Part shown: positions 1 through 15,620 of the stretch, in pieces | Numbering within the stretch: position 1 is the stretch's first letter | How the letters are laid out: each line of letters opens with the position of its first letter | NCBI RefSeq assembly: GCF_009914755.1 | Contig: NC_060925.1 | Direction: 5' to 3' (one strand) | DNA from: the human T2T-CHM13v2.0 reference genome, Homo sapiens | DNA length: 64,000 bases | Made by a program: the position numbers and the translations under genes | The notes under the pieces: generated by a model | The model's input: only the letters and a program-made list of their open reading frames with translations | Told to the model about the DNA's origin: nothing | The model's database searches: none

Positions 1-193
1 GGGGACCTCAGAGAGCCTGGTCGAAACACGTACAGGCCTGGTCTTAGGGGGTGCTTTGTGTAATGCTCCCAGGCCTGGCTTCTACTGTAAGGAATTCTTG
101 TGTGGTCCTTTAGTCCTGGAAATAAAAGAGAAAGGGTCTGTATGGTTAAATTGTGTAGCCAGAATTAACATCCCTTTTTTTGTTTGTTTGCAG

Positions 194-271
194 CCCCGGG
201 AGAAGGGCAGGATGCGTTTTCATAGGCTGCAGAATGTGCAGATTGCCCTGGACTTCCTAAAGCAGCGACAG
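194..271 (+). CDS. MACF1: MACF1 exon, CH1 ([26 protein letters not shown])
   Basis: ttgcag acceptor, gtaaga donor, 78 nt, phase 0/0. Confidence 0.96.
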
Positions 272-559
272 GTAAGACCATCACATGCCTTCCCCATTCT
301 TCCAGGCTGTGTTGGCATTGGGGCCCTATTCAGAGATGTTTTTAGTGCCCCTAGTAAGCTCTCAGTAAATGCTAAATCTGATTGACCCAGTTCTGAGTCT
401 TAACTTGCTAGTGAGCAATTGTATTCTGGTTAGAGAAATCATTCAGTACTCACACAGAACTTGTGACCTCCTTGAGAGGAAGAATGTTCACGGAGAAGAA
501 CATGATGATAAAGATGGAATTTTGTGGATGCACCTTAGGTGGGGGTCAAAATGAAGATG

Positions 560-2150
560 AAAAATAAACTAGAAAAGAGATGGAAAAAAGGTGTGGCATC
601 CAGGAAGAGAGAGAACCAGATTGCTATATCAAGGTGAAAATGAGATAAGGGGGTAGTGTGGATTGTGGAATGCCACATCAGATCTGAGAAAAAGGTCTAA
701 GTTGTTAAGCACTGATAACTTAAGTGAGCAGTTTAATACAGGAGAAAGATATTTAGAGTATAGTAGAGCTAGATATAGGAAGGGAGAAAGAAGCTTTTCC
801 TTCCCTGGATGAGGAAGACAACAACCCATTTTTAGACATAGGAAGAGGAGCCAATGAAGAGAGTAAGAATGAAAATGAGCATGAGGAGGAGTATTGGTAG
901 TCATAGAACGTTTCACCGAGAAGATACCCTAATGTTGTACTAGTCCAGTTTCTTATTATAGATAAAGAAACTGAGACCTGGACAGGTAAATGACCTGCCT
1001 CAAATCACAAGTCAGAGCAAAGCTGAGACTTTAACTCAGGCCTTCTGACATGCAGTTTAGTGCACCTTCCACTATCCATGCTGCTTTCTACACAGCACCC
1101 TTCCTCCTTTGCTTCCTAACTGAAGGAACCAAATCCAGGGATTGATGGATGAGAAGCAGAGCACAAGTGGTGTGGCCATCTTTGAAAAAGAAAAGAAAAA
1201 TACCTCTTTTGAGAGACAAGGAGAATGACAGAGGGAGGGGTGAAGATACAGAGATGGTTTGTGGTAGAAAGAAGATGGATGAGGGAGTCAAAGAGTTCAT
1301 CTGCTTAGAGTGAGCCATATGGAAAATATTTGGGATATCTAGGGTTGCCAAGCAACAACAGGGTCAACGTGACATTAAATGGTATGCATATTTTTGGAGT
1401 CAGTTCATTTTTGACACTCATATCAGTAATTCTCATTAACTTCTAAAATTCTCTGTTTGCTCTCATAACAATTTACTTCTGGTATAACATTTCTTATTTT
1501 CTTGTTATTTCTCTGTTTGCTCCAATGCATTATAGGCTCCGTGAGGACGGGGAATAAGATCTTAACATTTCACCTTCATCTCTCATAATGAATGGTCCTC
1601 AGTTGGCACTTAATAAATATTTGCTGAAATAAATTGATAAATAAAAGTGGTAGAAGTGGAGGTTGCTGAAGTGTTTAGGGTACTGGAGAAAGCAGCATTG
1701 AAATGCCTGTGTGTGGAGCTAGAGGAAGCTGGGGTGGGGGCCTTACTGGCAGGGTTTATGAGAAGAATTGATTAGCTAGAAGTCTAAATCAGGACAAAAA
1801 GTGGCTTTGGTTACTATGATAGAATGAAAACGTGGACAGGTAAGAACAGTGGATTCAAAGAAGGGCAGGGAGATTACTAGAGCCGTTCTTGGTAACGGTA
1901 AAGTCCAAGATGTAGCTGTGCAGATGGCCAAGGTAGGGAAAAACGAAAGTCATCAGAATTCAAAAGGCAGGCAATTTGTGCAGATAGTGTAATATTTGGG
2001 ATATCAATATAAATGCTAAATTTCCAGGAAAGGTGATGATGAGGCAGGAAAAGAGAATAGGAGCTAGGTAGTGAGGTCATTGAGAAAAAGGTTAGCAGAG
2101 ATTGGAAGGTGGTTTGGCCAAGGGAGGTAGACTTCACAATGAAAGGGGAA
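560..2150. mobile_element. Degraded L2 and MIR fragments; L2 ORF2 endonuclease-like remnant at ~1850-2150 (-)
   Basis: MIR core gaaactgag near 967; the minus-strand peptide FSIYIDIPNITLSAQIACLL resembles the L2 GDFNIH.D region. Confidence 0.5.
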
Positions 2151-2929
2151 GGCTGACAGAGGTAGGACTGAGGAATGTGGACTTGGCTGGTACTGGTAAC
2201 CCACCAACTGTCAACTGTTAGTGATTAGAAAAATTGAATTCTCGGGGAGGGGACAGGTTTTCCCACTTGCATCCTACTCCCACCGTATAGAAGAGGAGAC
2301 CAAGATACAGAAAAGGGAAAGAACTTGCCCAGATGAATGTCATTGTAAGGGAGAAATGAGGCCTCCATTTGAGAAGGTCACTAGGGTCCTCTGGAGACAC
2401 ACAAGTTTCAGTTCAGTAGAAGAGATAAAGGGAGGACAGCTGAAGGACACTGTGTCGCAGGACTCTGAGGGTATGATTGAGGAGGCTAACAGAGGTGAAG
2501 TAGAAGTAGGGTGGTTTGCCCAGGACACTCCCAGTTTTAAAGTTCCACGTCCCAGGAAATTCCTCCGTTCCCAGCACACTGGGGCAGTAAGTCAGCCTGG
2601 GAAGAGGGTGTGTCAGGGCACATTGAGTTGTTGGGATGAGATTTTAGGAGTAAAGCAGGTGCTGCGGGAGGCATGGCAGGTATGGATATCTGTGACAAAG
2701 ATGGGATAATGGAGGTGAGAGCAGGCCAAAGACTGGTGAGGGAAGAGAGGCATCTCTCTTTTCTGTCTTTCTCTCTCAGAACCTTAAGAAAAAAAAAAAA
2801 AAGGCAAAGAAGAAAGAAATCTTGGCCCTGATGGCAATAAAAAAGTGACCCACAATACCTTGTGCTTGCGAGGTTGCTTTTCTGGTGAGAAAGCAAAATG
2901 GCGTAGCTACTCTGATGACTTCTTATAAA

Positions 2930-3740
<811 letters not shown>

Positions 3741-3832
3741 GTTTAACTGTAAATCAATAATGAAGTGATGCAAAAATTTAATCAAAACAAAAAGTCCTAG
3801 AGCTCTGAGCCGTGCTTTTATTTCTTTTTCAG

Positions 3833-3925
3833 GTGAAACTAGTGAATATTCGCAATGATGACATCACAGATGGCAACCCCAAGTTGACCCTGGGTCTGAT
3901 CTGGACCATTATTTTGCATTTCCAG
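3833..3925 (+). CDS. MACF1: MACF1 exon, CH1 C-terminus/ABS2 ([31 protein letters not shown])
   Basis: ttttcag / gtaggg, 93 nt; actinin-type actin-binding signature. Confidence 0.97.
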
Positions 3926-5180
3926 GTAGGGCATGTGAAGTTTGGAATTCCTGTTGCTTTGTTTGGACATGGCCTAGAAAGTTGCACTGCCTTCCACAGA
4001 CAGCATTGAGCCTTCCTTCTCTCTATTTGTCAGTGAACAAAGGTGGATGGGAGTTGGAAAGGAAAATTAAGATTGATCTGCAGACAAGCTGTTGTATCGT
4101 AAACGCAAAACTTCCTAATTATTTGCTTAATTAAATGGAGGGATTTTTTTACCCATTTGTGGTTTGGCCCTGTCCTCAGCAGTCTGGTTATTAGAGGTCT
4201 GTTTGCTCAGCTGAATCAAAATGAGGCTCTTGAAGGACTCAGAATATGAGGGTTGAGAAAAGCTGTTGGTGTTGATGCTTTAGAATGGTGGAGTGAAGGT
4301 TCATAGTCCTGCTCTAATGTAGACTTTTTCTCATCTCTAATAACCTTTAAACAAGCCTCGTTAATTAGAATACTTTAGTATCTGGGTTTGTATATGTGCT
4401 GGCAAGCACAACCTTGCAGCGGCCATCACACCCAAGAGCATCTTGAAGAATATTCACATGGTCACATGGCCTTCCTCTTCCTAAGAAGGCAAATCCTTTT
4501 TAGATCTGAATTGCTATTGGAAAAGTACAGCCCTATTTTTATAAAAAGGCTGTTCTTTTACATCCCTTTTAGGTCAGCCAAACAAAGCTATTTCTCAGAC
4601 AGCTCTCTCTGATACACAGTTGCTGCACATGAGGCTGATGGATTAGAGGCTGATAGCTAGTGGGAATAGAAGGCAGGGTGCCGACTTCAGGGATGAGGCC
4701 AAGGTGACATCCTAGCTGGGGAGTTGGCGCTACCTGCTGGTTAAAGATAGAACAACAGGTGTCCCCGAATTCCTGAGAGAAAAATCTGAGTGCTTAGGCT
4801 TGTTTCTTGAGGCTCTAGTTTGGAAGCAATGCTGGCAGTCACCAGCATGGACAGGGCTAGGATTGTGTGGTGGTAATGTATTTTTGTGGAACCACAGGGT
4901 ATCCTCAGGCAAGCTTTGGGCATAGGGATAACCAGGAACATGAACTTGGTAGGTGTGCTCTGTCTGGCAGGATGGGAAACTTTGTTGAGCTTTCATGGAG
5001 GACTACAGTTATCCCTTTGGAACTCTTATGAACAGAGGAGCTTTTAGAGAAATTTGTTTGTTTTTTGGTCACAAACCTGCCCTCACTGTGAGTGCCCAAT
5101 GTTTGTCTCATAGGTGGGAGGTAAGGAGAATTTATTCACTGTCTCTATTCACCCCAACTACTACAACTAAATTAATTTCC

Positions 5181-6555
<1,375 letters not shown>

Positions 6556-7199
6556 GTTGCCCATCATTTCTAGGCTTTTTCTGTGGGCAGAGCTAGGCAA
6601 TACTTGTATTATCTCTAAAAACAACAACAACAACAACAAACAAACAAAAAACCCCATGAATTTTTACTGATATTTCTAATTCAAATTTAGGATTGCAGGG
6701 TTTTGTTTAACCTCTTTGACTTTATATCATTTTTTTTCTTATACTGAAAATCTTGATCTTAACAACAGTAATGTGGTTACTTACTCTTTTCCTACACACA
6801 CAGAGATCTGTAAAATCATATATATTATTTGTAATATATATGAATCCAAGTGACAATATGAATGTTATTGTTAGCAGTATGATTACTTTGAAGTCACTTG
6901 AAATAATTTCTCTCTATTGTTGTTAAGCCACAAATTCAATACACAGTTAAGGTTCATTTGTTTTTATTTGCTTTCAGTTTTGGGGGGTTGCTTTTTTCCT
7001 TTCAATTTTACCTTACATTATGTAGATCATTTATATTGTTCCAAAGGGAAATTTTAAAAAGTTAAATACAAATTGTGTTCAGAGAGGTCTAGCTTCCATC
7101 TCTGCTCCCTCCATTCTGTATCTTCCCATTCTCTGTAGTTAGCTAAATGTTTTAAAACACCTTTTTGGTTATAATTTCTATTGTTTGTTTATTTTAGGA

Positions 7200-7925
7200 A
7201 AATGCATTCATAAAAAAAACTTTACTGAGGTGTAATTTACATACCATCAAATCAACTAATTTAATGATTTTTATGAGTTGTACAATCATCACCATAATCT
7301 AGTTTGGGGACATTTTCATCATCCAAATAAGATCCTTCTTGTTCATTTACAGTTACTGCACATTTTCATCACCAGCCTCAGGCAGCCACTAATTTATTTT
7401 CTATCTTGATAGATTTGCTTATTCTGGACATTTCATATAAATGGAATCCTATGATAGATGGTCTTTTGTATCTGGCTTTTTTCACTTAACATAATATTTT
7501 TTGGTTCATCCATGTTGTGGCACATATCAGTACGTCATTCTTTTTTATTGCTGAATATTCTGTTGTATGGATATATCATGTATTTTGTTTAAATATTAAG
7601 CCAGTTGATAGACATTTGAGTGGTTTTCACTTTTTCACTGTTATAAATAAAGTTATTTGCATACCAGTCTGTGTGGGTTTATGTTTTCATTTCTCTTGTG
7701 TATACATGTATATACCTAGGAATGGGATTTCTTAATTGTACAGTAAGCATGTTTAGCTTTTAAAGAAACTGCCAAATTGTCTTGCAAAATGGTGTATCAT
7801 TTTACATTCCTACCAGCAATGTATGTGGTTTCCTGTGTCTTTACATCCTCACCAGTATTTATTGTCTGTTTTAGATTATAGCTATCACAGTGAGTGTGAA
7901 ATTGTATCTCTTTGTGGTTTTAGTT
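7200..7925 (-). mobile_element. L1M 3' fragment
   Basis: ttctggacatttcatataaatggaatc...ttttacattcctaccagcaatgtatg. Confidence 0.75.
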
Positions 7926-8016
7926 TGCAGGAAAATGTATTATTTAATTGAATTCCACAAACATTGACTGGGAATGTTATGAGCAAGGTCTTAGATAGAG
8001 TGTATGGAAGATACAC

Positions 8017-8320
<304 letters not shown>

Positions 8321-9459
8321 ATCTACTACAGAAGATACAAAATTGAACTAGATACAGACCATCTAGTTGGACTCTTATTGTTTAGGAGAGTGAGAACAGA
8401 CATACCATAAAATAACTTGACAGAGGTTTAGAGAATGAGAGAGGTATGGGTTAGGATGATGGAACACAGTATGAACTCAACAGTGGGCAGCAGTTACTAG
8501 TAACAACTTATTATAATTATTAATTGACCTTATAACTTCCAGGGCTTTTGACACAGCCCACTGTTCTTTTTCCTGTTACCAATTTTACAGAAAGGTAATA
8601 GCAGCTTTGGCCTAGTCTGTCTTCTGCATGCATATTGGCTGCCTGCTTTTCTCTGTTATTTCAGCACAGCCAAATGCCTATTTATTTGTCTTCTTGTAGG
8701 TGGGAGCACCGCTCCCAGAATATTTTCTCAGTTTTAACTATGGATTCCTTTTCTTTGCCGTTCTGAGGGCTTGGTATTTGCCTATACTAGCTAAGTGTTC
8801 TGGTGTGTGGGGAAAGGTTCTCTGCTTGTGAAGCTTTTGATTGACTACTGAAGGATCATGTGGAGTGCCCCCCCACCCCCCGCCTCGTCTTGCATCAGAT
8901 TTGGCATGGTATGTCTTTTGCTAGTTATCTGTCATTGTGGTTTTCTAGTCTTTCATTATTGAGTATCTATTAGCTGTTCTCACCAAGAACATATGCTATG
9001 TAAAGCCAAATGGAAATGCAGAGTAGAACTGTTACATGTTAGGGAATCAGCAAAATTGTTATTATGGTCAGTCTGTGTTATTGGTGTTAATGAAGTAGAA
9101 TAATGATGTACCTGTAGACATGGATGGTAGTTTTCACCTCAAGGGAATATTCAGTTGAAGGAGAAGGGAGAGGCTGGATCCAGATTAAAGGTTTGTGACT
9201 GCTGATGAGGCTGGTAATATTGATAACTTCATGCAGAGGTTTATGGTTTCTAAAATGCTTTAACACATTTTTTTTAATGTGCTAAATGGTAGATGTTCTT
9301 TTTAATTTTAATTTGAGTTTTTAGTTTTGAAAATCTCAAATACTCGGAAGAGTATATAACAGATCCTTATGTGTGTAGTTGCCTTCAGAATTTAACAGGT
9401 GTTCCTTTTGTTATATTTGCTTCAGGGTTTTTTCTCTCTCTTCCTCTTTAAAGTAATAA

Positions 9460-9972
<513 letters not shown>

Positions 9973-10563
9973 ATGATTTGTTCATTTTAACTAATTTAAT
10001 GTAAGTGGTGACCCCTGCAGCTGTGTAACACATCTATTATTTGTAACGTATTATTTAATTGTATGAATAAAACATTCATTGCTACAGTGAACATCTGTGT
10101 ATATGCATCCTTGTGCCTATAGCAAAGAGGGTTTTGGGATTGATACCTGGACTGGAATTGCTGGGTTATATACTTTCCTTCAGTTTGCCTATATTTTGCC
10201 AAATTGCTCTCAAAGGTACTGTATGACTTACAGTATTGTATTGGGTAACATTTACTACTATTTGACATATTACATGTTTACTTGTTTATTTGCTGCCTGG
10301 ATGCCTGCATTAGTATGTAAGCTTAACAATGGCAGGGATTTTTGTCTCTTGTTCTTTTCTTTGCCTGGCATAGAATAGGCAGTCAGTAAATATTTATTAA
10401 GTGAATGGATTGTTTCATGAATTTGATCTTCTCAAAGCTTTGGAGTAGGTAGACCAAATAAATAGGCTGTAATGTCTGTTTTCTTATGCCCATTTCTCAG
10501 ATAAGGAAACTGAAACACAGAGACCGACTGACTTTTTTGGGTTACACACCCAGATAGGATTTC

Positions 10564-10872
<309 letters not shown>

Positions 10873-11372
10873 AGGATTTCTTGTCTTTTGGCTTTGTCCA
10901 AGCTTGTTTTAAGGTATAGGTTAAGATTTATAGTTCTTCTAAAAGATACTATAAACTCTTTATAGGCAGAATCTGACAAAACTAGTTTTCCAACCCTCAA
11001 ATGTTTGTTAAATACTAGTGTATGCCTAGCATTTTGAAATTTTCAAAAAATGGGAGGTCTTAGCTGGCTAGACTTGAGGTTTACAGTTTTGTGCACTTTA
11101 TGGCACTTGGTGCTTGGCATATAGATGAGGCACCATTTGTGTTTTTGGAATGAATGAATGAATGAGTTCTTTTGCTTTGGAGTCTTTCACTCTGGCTGTC
11201 TCTGTGGGAGACCTGTGGGCAGTAAACAGTTATCTACAAAAAGCCAAAGGAGAAGGCATAAAGAATGTATAGGCCTCAAAGTGTGCTTTCCCAGAAGGCA
11301 GCAAGTCTTGTGTTAAGAGACCAGGTTAGATGAGAAAAGGTCTTGGGGAAAGGTCTCGTAATCAGAATTAAC

Positions 11373-11670
11373 TTAGTTGAAAATACATCTAATATACCTA
11401 CTGAAAACTATAGTTTAGCCTATCTTAAATGTATTCCGAACACTTATATTAGCTAACCGTTGAGCATTTGGCCAAAATCATGTAACACAAAGCCTGTTTG
11501 ATAGTAAAGTGTTGACTAGCTCATGTAATTTATTGAGTGCTGTACTGAAAGTGAAAAACGGAATGGTTGTGTGAGTACTTGAAGTACAGTTTCTACTGAA
11601 TGCATATGGATTTCTCACCACTGGAAAGTCGAAAAATAAGCTGGACCATTTTAAGTCAGGGACCATCTAT
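11373..11670. mobile_element. Tigger-family MITE (MER47A-like)
   Basis: tactgaaagtgaaaaacggaatggttgt...aagtcagggaccatct terminus. Confidence 0.7.
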
Positions 11671-13039
11671 ATCTTAGGATCCCCCCGGGGGCTGGGGATG
11701 TCTCATAACTTTTAGTTCCAGTAATAAATGGGAAGAAAAGAAATTTACTGTAGGTCAAGTACTGAGCCAAGTACTTTATGGACATTATCTCATTAACCTT
11801 GTCTACAATCCCAGTAAGTAGGTGGTAGTATGCACATTTTACAAGTAAGGAAACTGAACCATCTAATAAACTAGTTAGGTTACTTAACTTATGAGCTGGG
11901 AAGTTGAACCTAGGTCCACCTTACTGAAATCTCTGCTCCTTCCCTAGACCAGTTTTTCTCTGGAGCAGAAGGAAATGAAGGTCTGATTGGTCTGACATAT
12001 GCAGAAATTTTAAAAAAAGAATAGGCTCACAGAAGTAAATTCTCAGAGAAACTCTACAGCAGTAGTAGTCATATTAAGCAGCTATTTCTCTTGCCTCTAA
12101 GTTTATTAGTTTCAGGATTTTGGTTTGCTTGTATGTCATTCATAAAATTCAAGTGCATCTTAAAGTTCCCATAGTTCCAGGTTTCTTCACTGGAGGAGTG
12201 AAGGCCTGGTACCTGCCTAGAGAACTTCATATTGTAATGTCAGATTCTTTGTTAATTAAATGATTTGCAGTAGCATGAGTTTCTCTCCCATGCTCTCTGC
12301 TTATTTCTTACTATAGTTTGTGATGGCCATAAGATGGTGCTGCAGTTTTGCAGTCAGCCTTAAGGATAAGGCTTAGGGGAAGAACACCTACTGCAGTTGT
12401 GAGGCAGATGGGACATCAGGAGGGTCTTAGAAGGGATTGTGTAAAAGCCGTTGCTTTAGGGCTTCTTGTTGCTTTCCTTTTGTGGTCTTTTCCTTTTTTT
12501 TTTTTTTTTTTTTTTTTTTCAGGTCTCCAGGAAAGATAGTTAAGGCTATGCTAGTGTAAGTCTTTATGGCTTGCATGGAACCAGGCAGGCTACTGCTTTC
12601 TGCTGTGTGGCCTGGATCCTTTTGTTGTAGAATAAATAACTGCAATAGGAAAGAAACACATATATAATTTTATTCTCCATTCACAGCCCTTTGGGTTATA
12701 GTCTTTTCCCATATAGCAGATACTATACTAAAAAAAATTGGGGTGGAGGAATCTTCACTGACATCACAAGGTGATTTTTGAATCCGACTTTTACAGTCTG
12801 AAATTCAGACTTCCTGCCCTACTGCAATGGGAGTAAAAACCACCTGAACCTCTTTTTGGCAGCTTCTTCTCTTACTCCCAAATGGCAACAAGTGTTATCT
12901 CTTTGATTGAGCTCTTGGTCCATGCAGTCTAATTACCAATTCAGAACAGTGGGGGAACTTCTTATTTTACACAACTGGCAACTGAGTACAGATTTCCACT
13001 ACTGCAGTAGTTAGAAGAGAGTAGTTGGGGTTGAAATTA

Positions 13040-13570
13040 AAAGTCTTAAAGTTAACAGAAGTTCATGTTCTGGCTTTGTCACTTACTAGCTGTGTAACCT
13101 AGGGCTATTAATCAACTTTCTTAAACCTCAGTTTCTTTTTTCTTTTTTGGAGACAGAGTCTTGTTCTGTTGGCCAGGCTGGAGTGCAGTGACATGATCTT
13201 GGCTCACTGCAACCTCCACCTCCCAGTTCAAGCAATTCTCATGCCTCAGCCTCCTGAATAGCTGGGACTAAGGGCGCATGCCACTGTGCCCAGCTAATTT
13301 TTTGTATTTTAGTAGAGACGGGGTTTCACCATGTTGCCCAGGCTGGTCTTAAACTCCTGAGCTCAGGCAATCCGCCTGCCTTGGCCTTCTAGAGTACTAG
13401 GATTATAATAGGCGTGAGCCACTGCGCCTGGCCAAACCTCAGTTTCTTTACCGATAAAATATAAAATAATAGTTTTGACCTCATATAGTGACTGTAAGAA
13501 TTAAATGAGAAAGTCCATGTAAATAACTTTACACAGTGCTTGGCACACAGCAAGTGCAAAAAATATATTA
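13040..13570. mobile_element. MIR interrupted by an antisense Alu (13133-13433)
   Basis: TSD aaacctcagtttctt at 13123-13137 and 13434-13448 inside the MIR core. Confidence 0.85.
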
Positions 13571-13949
13571 GATGTTAGCAGTGGCAGCATCAATAATTAC
13601 TATTGAACATTTTTGTCAAATATTGTTCATCAGAGACCCTGTTCATCTGTTGTATTTAGAAGTGGTATTCTTTTTACCAAGCACTCATTTACTGTACTCA
13701 AAACCAACTTCCAGATTTTTCCTGTCGGTGTCATTGGCTGGCAGAATTAACAGATCTTTCTTTTCTTTTATAGGAAAAAGGAGGGAAATAAATGCTCCAG
13801 AAGGCTAGATCTTTAAAGTCTGTGTTCCTTTTCTTAACTGTAAGAAGAAGGCTCTGGTTTCTTCAGGTTATAATTTCATTAAAATAATTTTATTGTTTTC
13901 TGACCTGAAAAAATTCAGAATATGTATATCTGCTTGATATTTTCTTTTG

Positions 13950-14597
13950 GGCATCTTGGTACAACACTTAAAATCTATTTCATTTTGTAGTTTGGGAGCC
14001 ATAATTGCAGCTTCACCAGGCTTGGTTCTTCTTGGCCCGGGCCCTTCCCTTCCCTTGCTGGTTAGTACCAGCCGAGCTGGTTTGCTTTTTCCCTTTTTGG
14101 TACTATTCTCCTCCTCCTTCCTCCACGTTACCTTCTGCCACGGCCTCTCTTCTTTTTCCCTCCATTTTCAATTTACACTTACATTTTCCCTCCTCCTCCT
14201 GGCCCTCCCTAGTTTTTCCCCTCCCCTGGTTTCTAGCTCCTTTTTGCTTTCTGTTTGTGTTACTGAGGGCAGTGCTCCAATTACCTCATATTTGGAGAGA
14301 GGAAGCTGCAGCCAATCCGGTTTCTGTCTGCTTTTAGGTCAAGTGATTTCTGAACTGCAGTGAGATGCTTTGAATTTGTCTTGTTGCAGCTCTGAGCCTG
14401 TAAGATGGCTGTCTGAATCGGCAGCGGCTGGAAGAGACAGAGAGAGGCGGGGAGGGAGGGAGAAAGAATTGGAGGGATTGCCGGCATAGTGCATGTTTTT
14501 AAATGTGCATCGAATCCGATGAGGCCAAGGTTGGGATTTCTGTGGGATCCCAGGACTGGCTTAGCTGCGTTTTTGCTGAGATTAGGAGAGGAAGGAA
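13950..14597 (+). promoter_or_regulatory. Putative internal promoter and 5'UTR of the alternative first exon
   Basis: Unique, Alu-free sequence with a long C/T-rich tract, CCAAT near 14312 and retained CpGs directly upstream of the ATG; TSS not visible. Confidence 0.5.
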
Positions 14598-15620
14598 ATG
14601 GGAAATTCACTGGGCTGTTTTAAGGAGCCGAAAGAGTCAATAGCTATTCCTGAGAAGGCTCCCATATCTCCTAAGAAAAGGGTTCGGTTCAAAAGGAGGT
14701 GGAGAGGGAAGAAAATCCCTACTCCAGAGGCATCTCACCAGGAAGAAACCTCAGAAGGAACTGGAGTCATTGAAGAGACTGAAACCCTAACGAAGTTAAC
14801 AGAGAGTCTCCAAAAGGAAGACGGAGTGGGAGGGGTAGAGCATACCCCCCCAGATATTTTGCTGCCTGGGGACTCAGCCCCCAACTCACGGGTAGTCGAT
14901 CGGGGGATGATAGTACAGGTAAAGGAGAGATTCCAAGGGGAGGTCCAGACCGCCCACCTTTTGTTAGAGAATGAGTCATCAGTTGCTGGAGGGGTCTGGG
15001 ATTCCCTGGAAGAGGGGATGACTGTCATTGCTCACCTGCTTGATAACCCAGCAGAAAGGAACTGCGAGAAGTCAGTGAGCCAACTGGTGGAATTTCCTAG
15101 GACAGCATCCTGCAGCAGCAGGGCTGTGTTGCTGCCTTTGCAAGGAGAGACTGCAGTGGAGAAAGGAAATATTCAGCGTGGGTTTCGGAGCTGTGCTTTG
15201 CCTAGGACAGACTACCCCACTGATAAAGGAAATCAAGAACAATTTTCAGAGGGCTGGAGTGTGGAGGAAGGAACCAAGAGTGTTTCAGGTGCCCCTCAGA
15301 CAGCTTCCTGGATTATAGAATGTTCTGTTTCTTCATTACTACTGGACCAGCCTGGAGGCCAAAGACGCACGGAGCCTTCCCATGTGGGTCAAGTGCCCCC
15401 CCAGGATTCCAGACTGCCTACTTCTCAGAGTGATTTGTCCATCAGTGGTGTGACTGTGAGCATTTTGCCCTCCTCCTCTGGCTATGGCAGTGATGGGCCA
15501 CACATACATGGGATCCAGCCTAAAGATACAGAACCTGAAAAGAGCTCTACTTCCTTCTCAGAAGAGGATGGCACTCTTTCTCTGGAGGCAAGCCACACCC
15601 CATCATGGGGTCTGGAAGAG
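14598..15620 (+). CDS. MACF1: Alternative first coding exon of MACF1 (CH1-less isoform, ACF7-3/MACF1a3 type), 341 codons, starts MGNSLGCFKEPKES
   Basis: Non-repeat 1-kb ORF, strong Kozak (gaaATGG), GAG|gtaggt donor at 15621 in phase 0, matching the exon at 28109; same architecture as the myristoylated isoform-3 exon of the paralog DST. Confidence 0.85.

Noticed and set aside
2221-2709. 162-aa + strand ORF
   Set aside because: Non-ATG start, no recognisable domain or splice context, purine-rich sequence beside L2 relics
13947-14363. Hydrophobic 138-aa and 110-aa ORFs resembling membrane proteins
   Set aside because: Artefact of a C/T-rich tract (Phe/Leu/Ser codons); non-ATG starts
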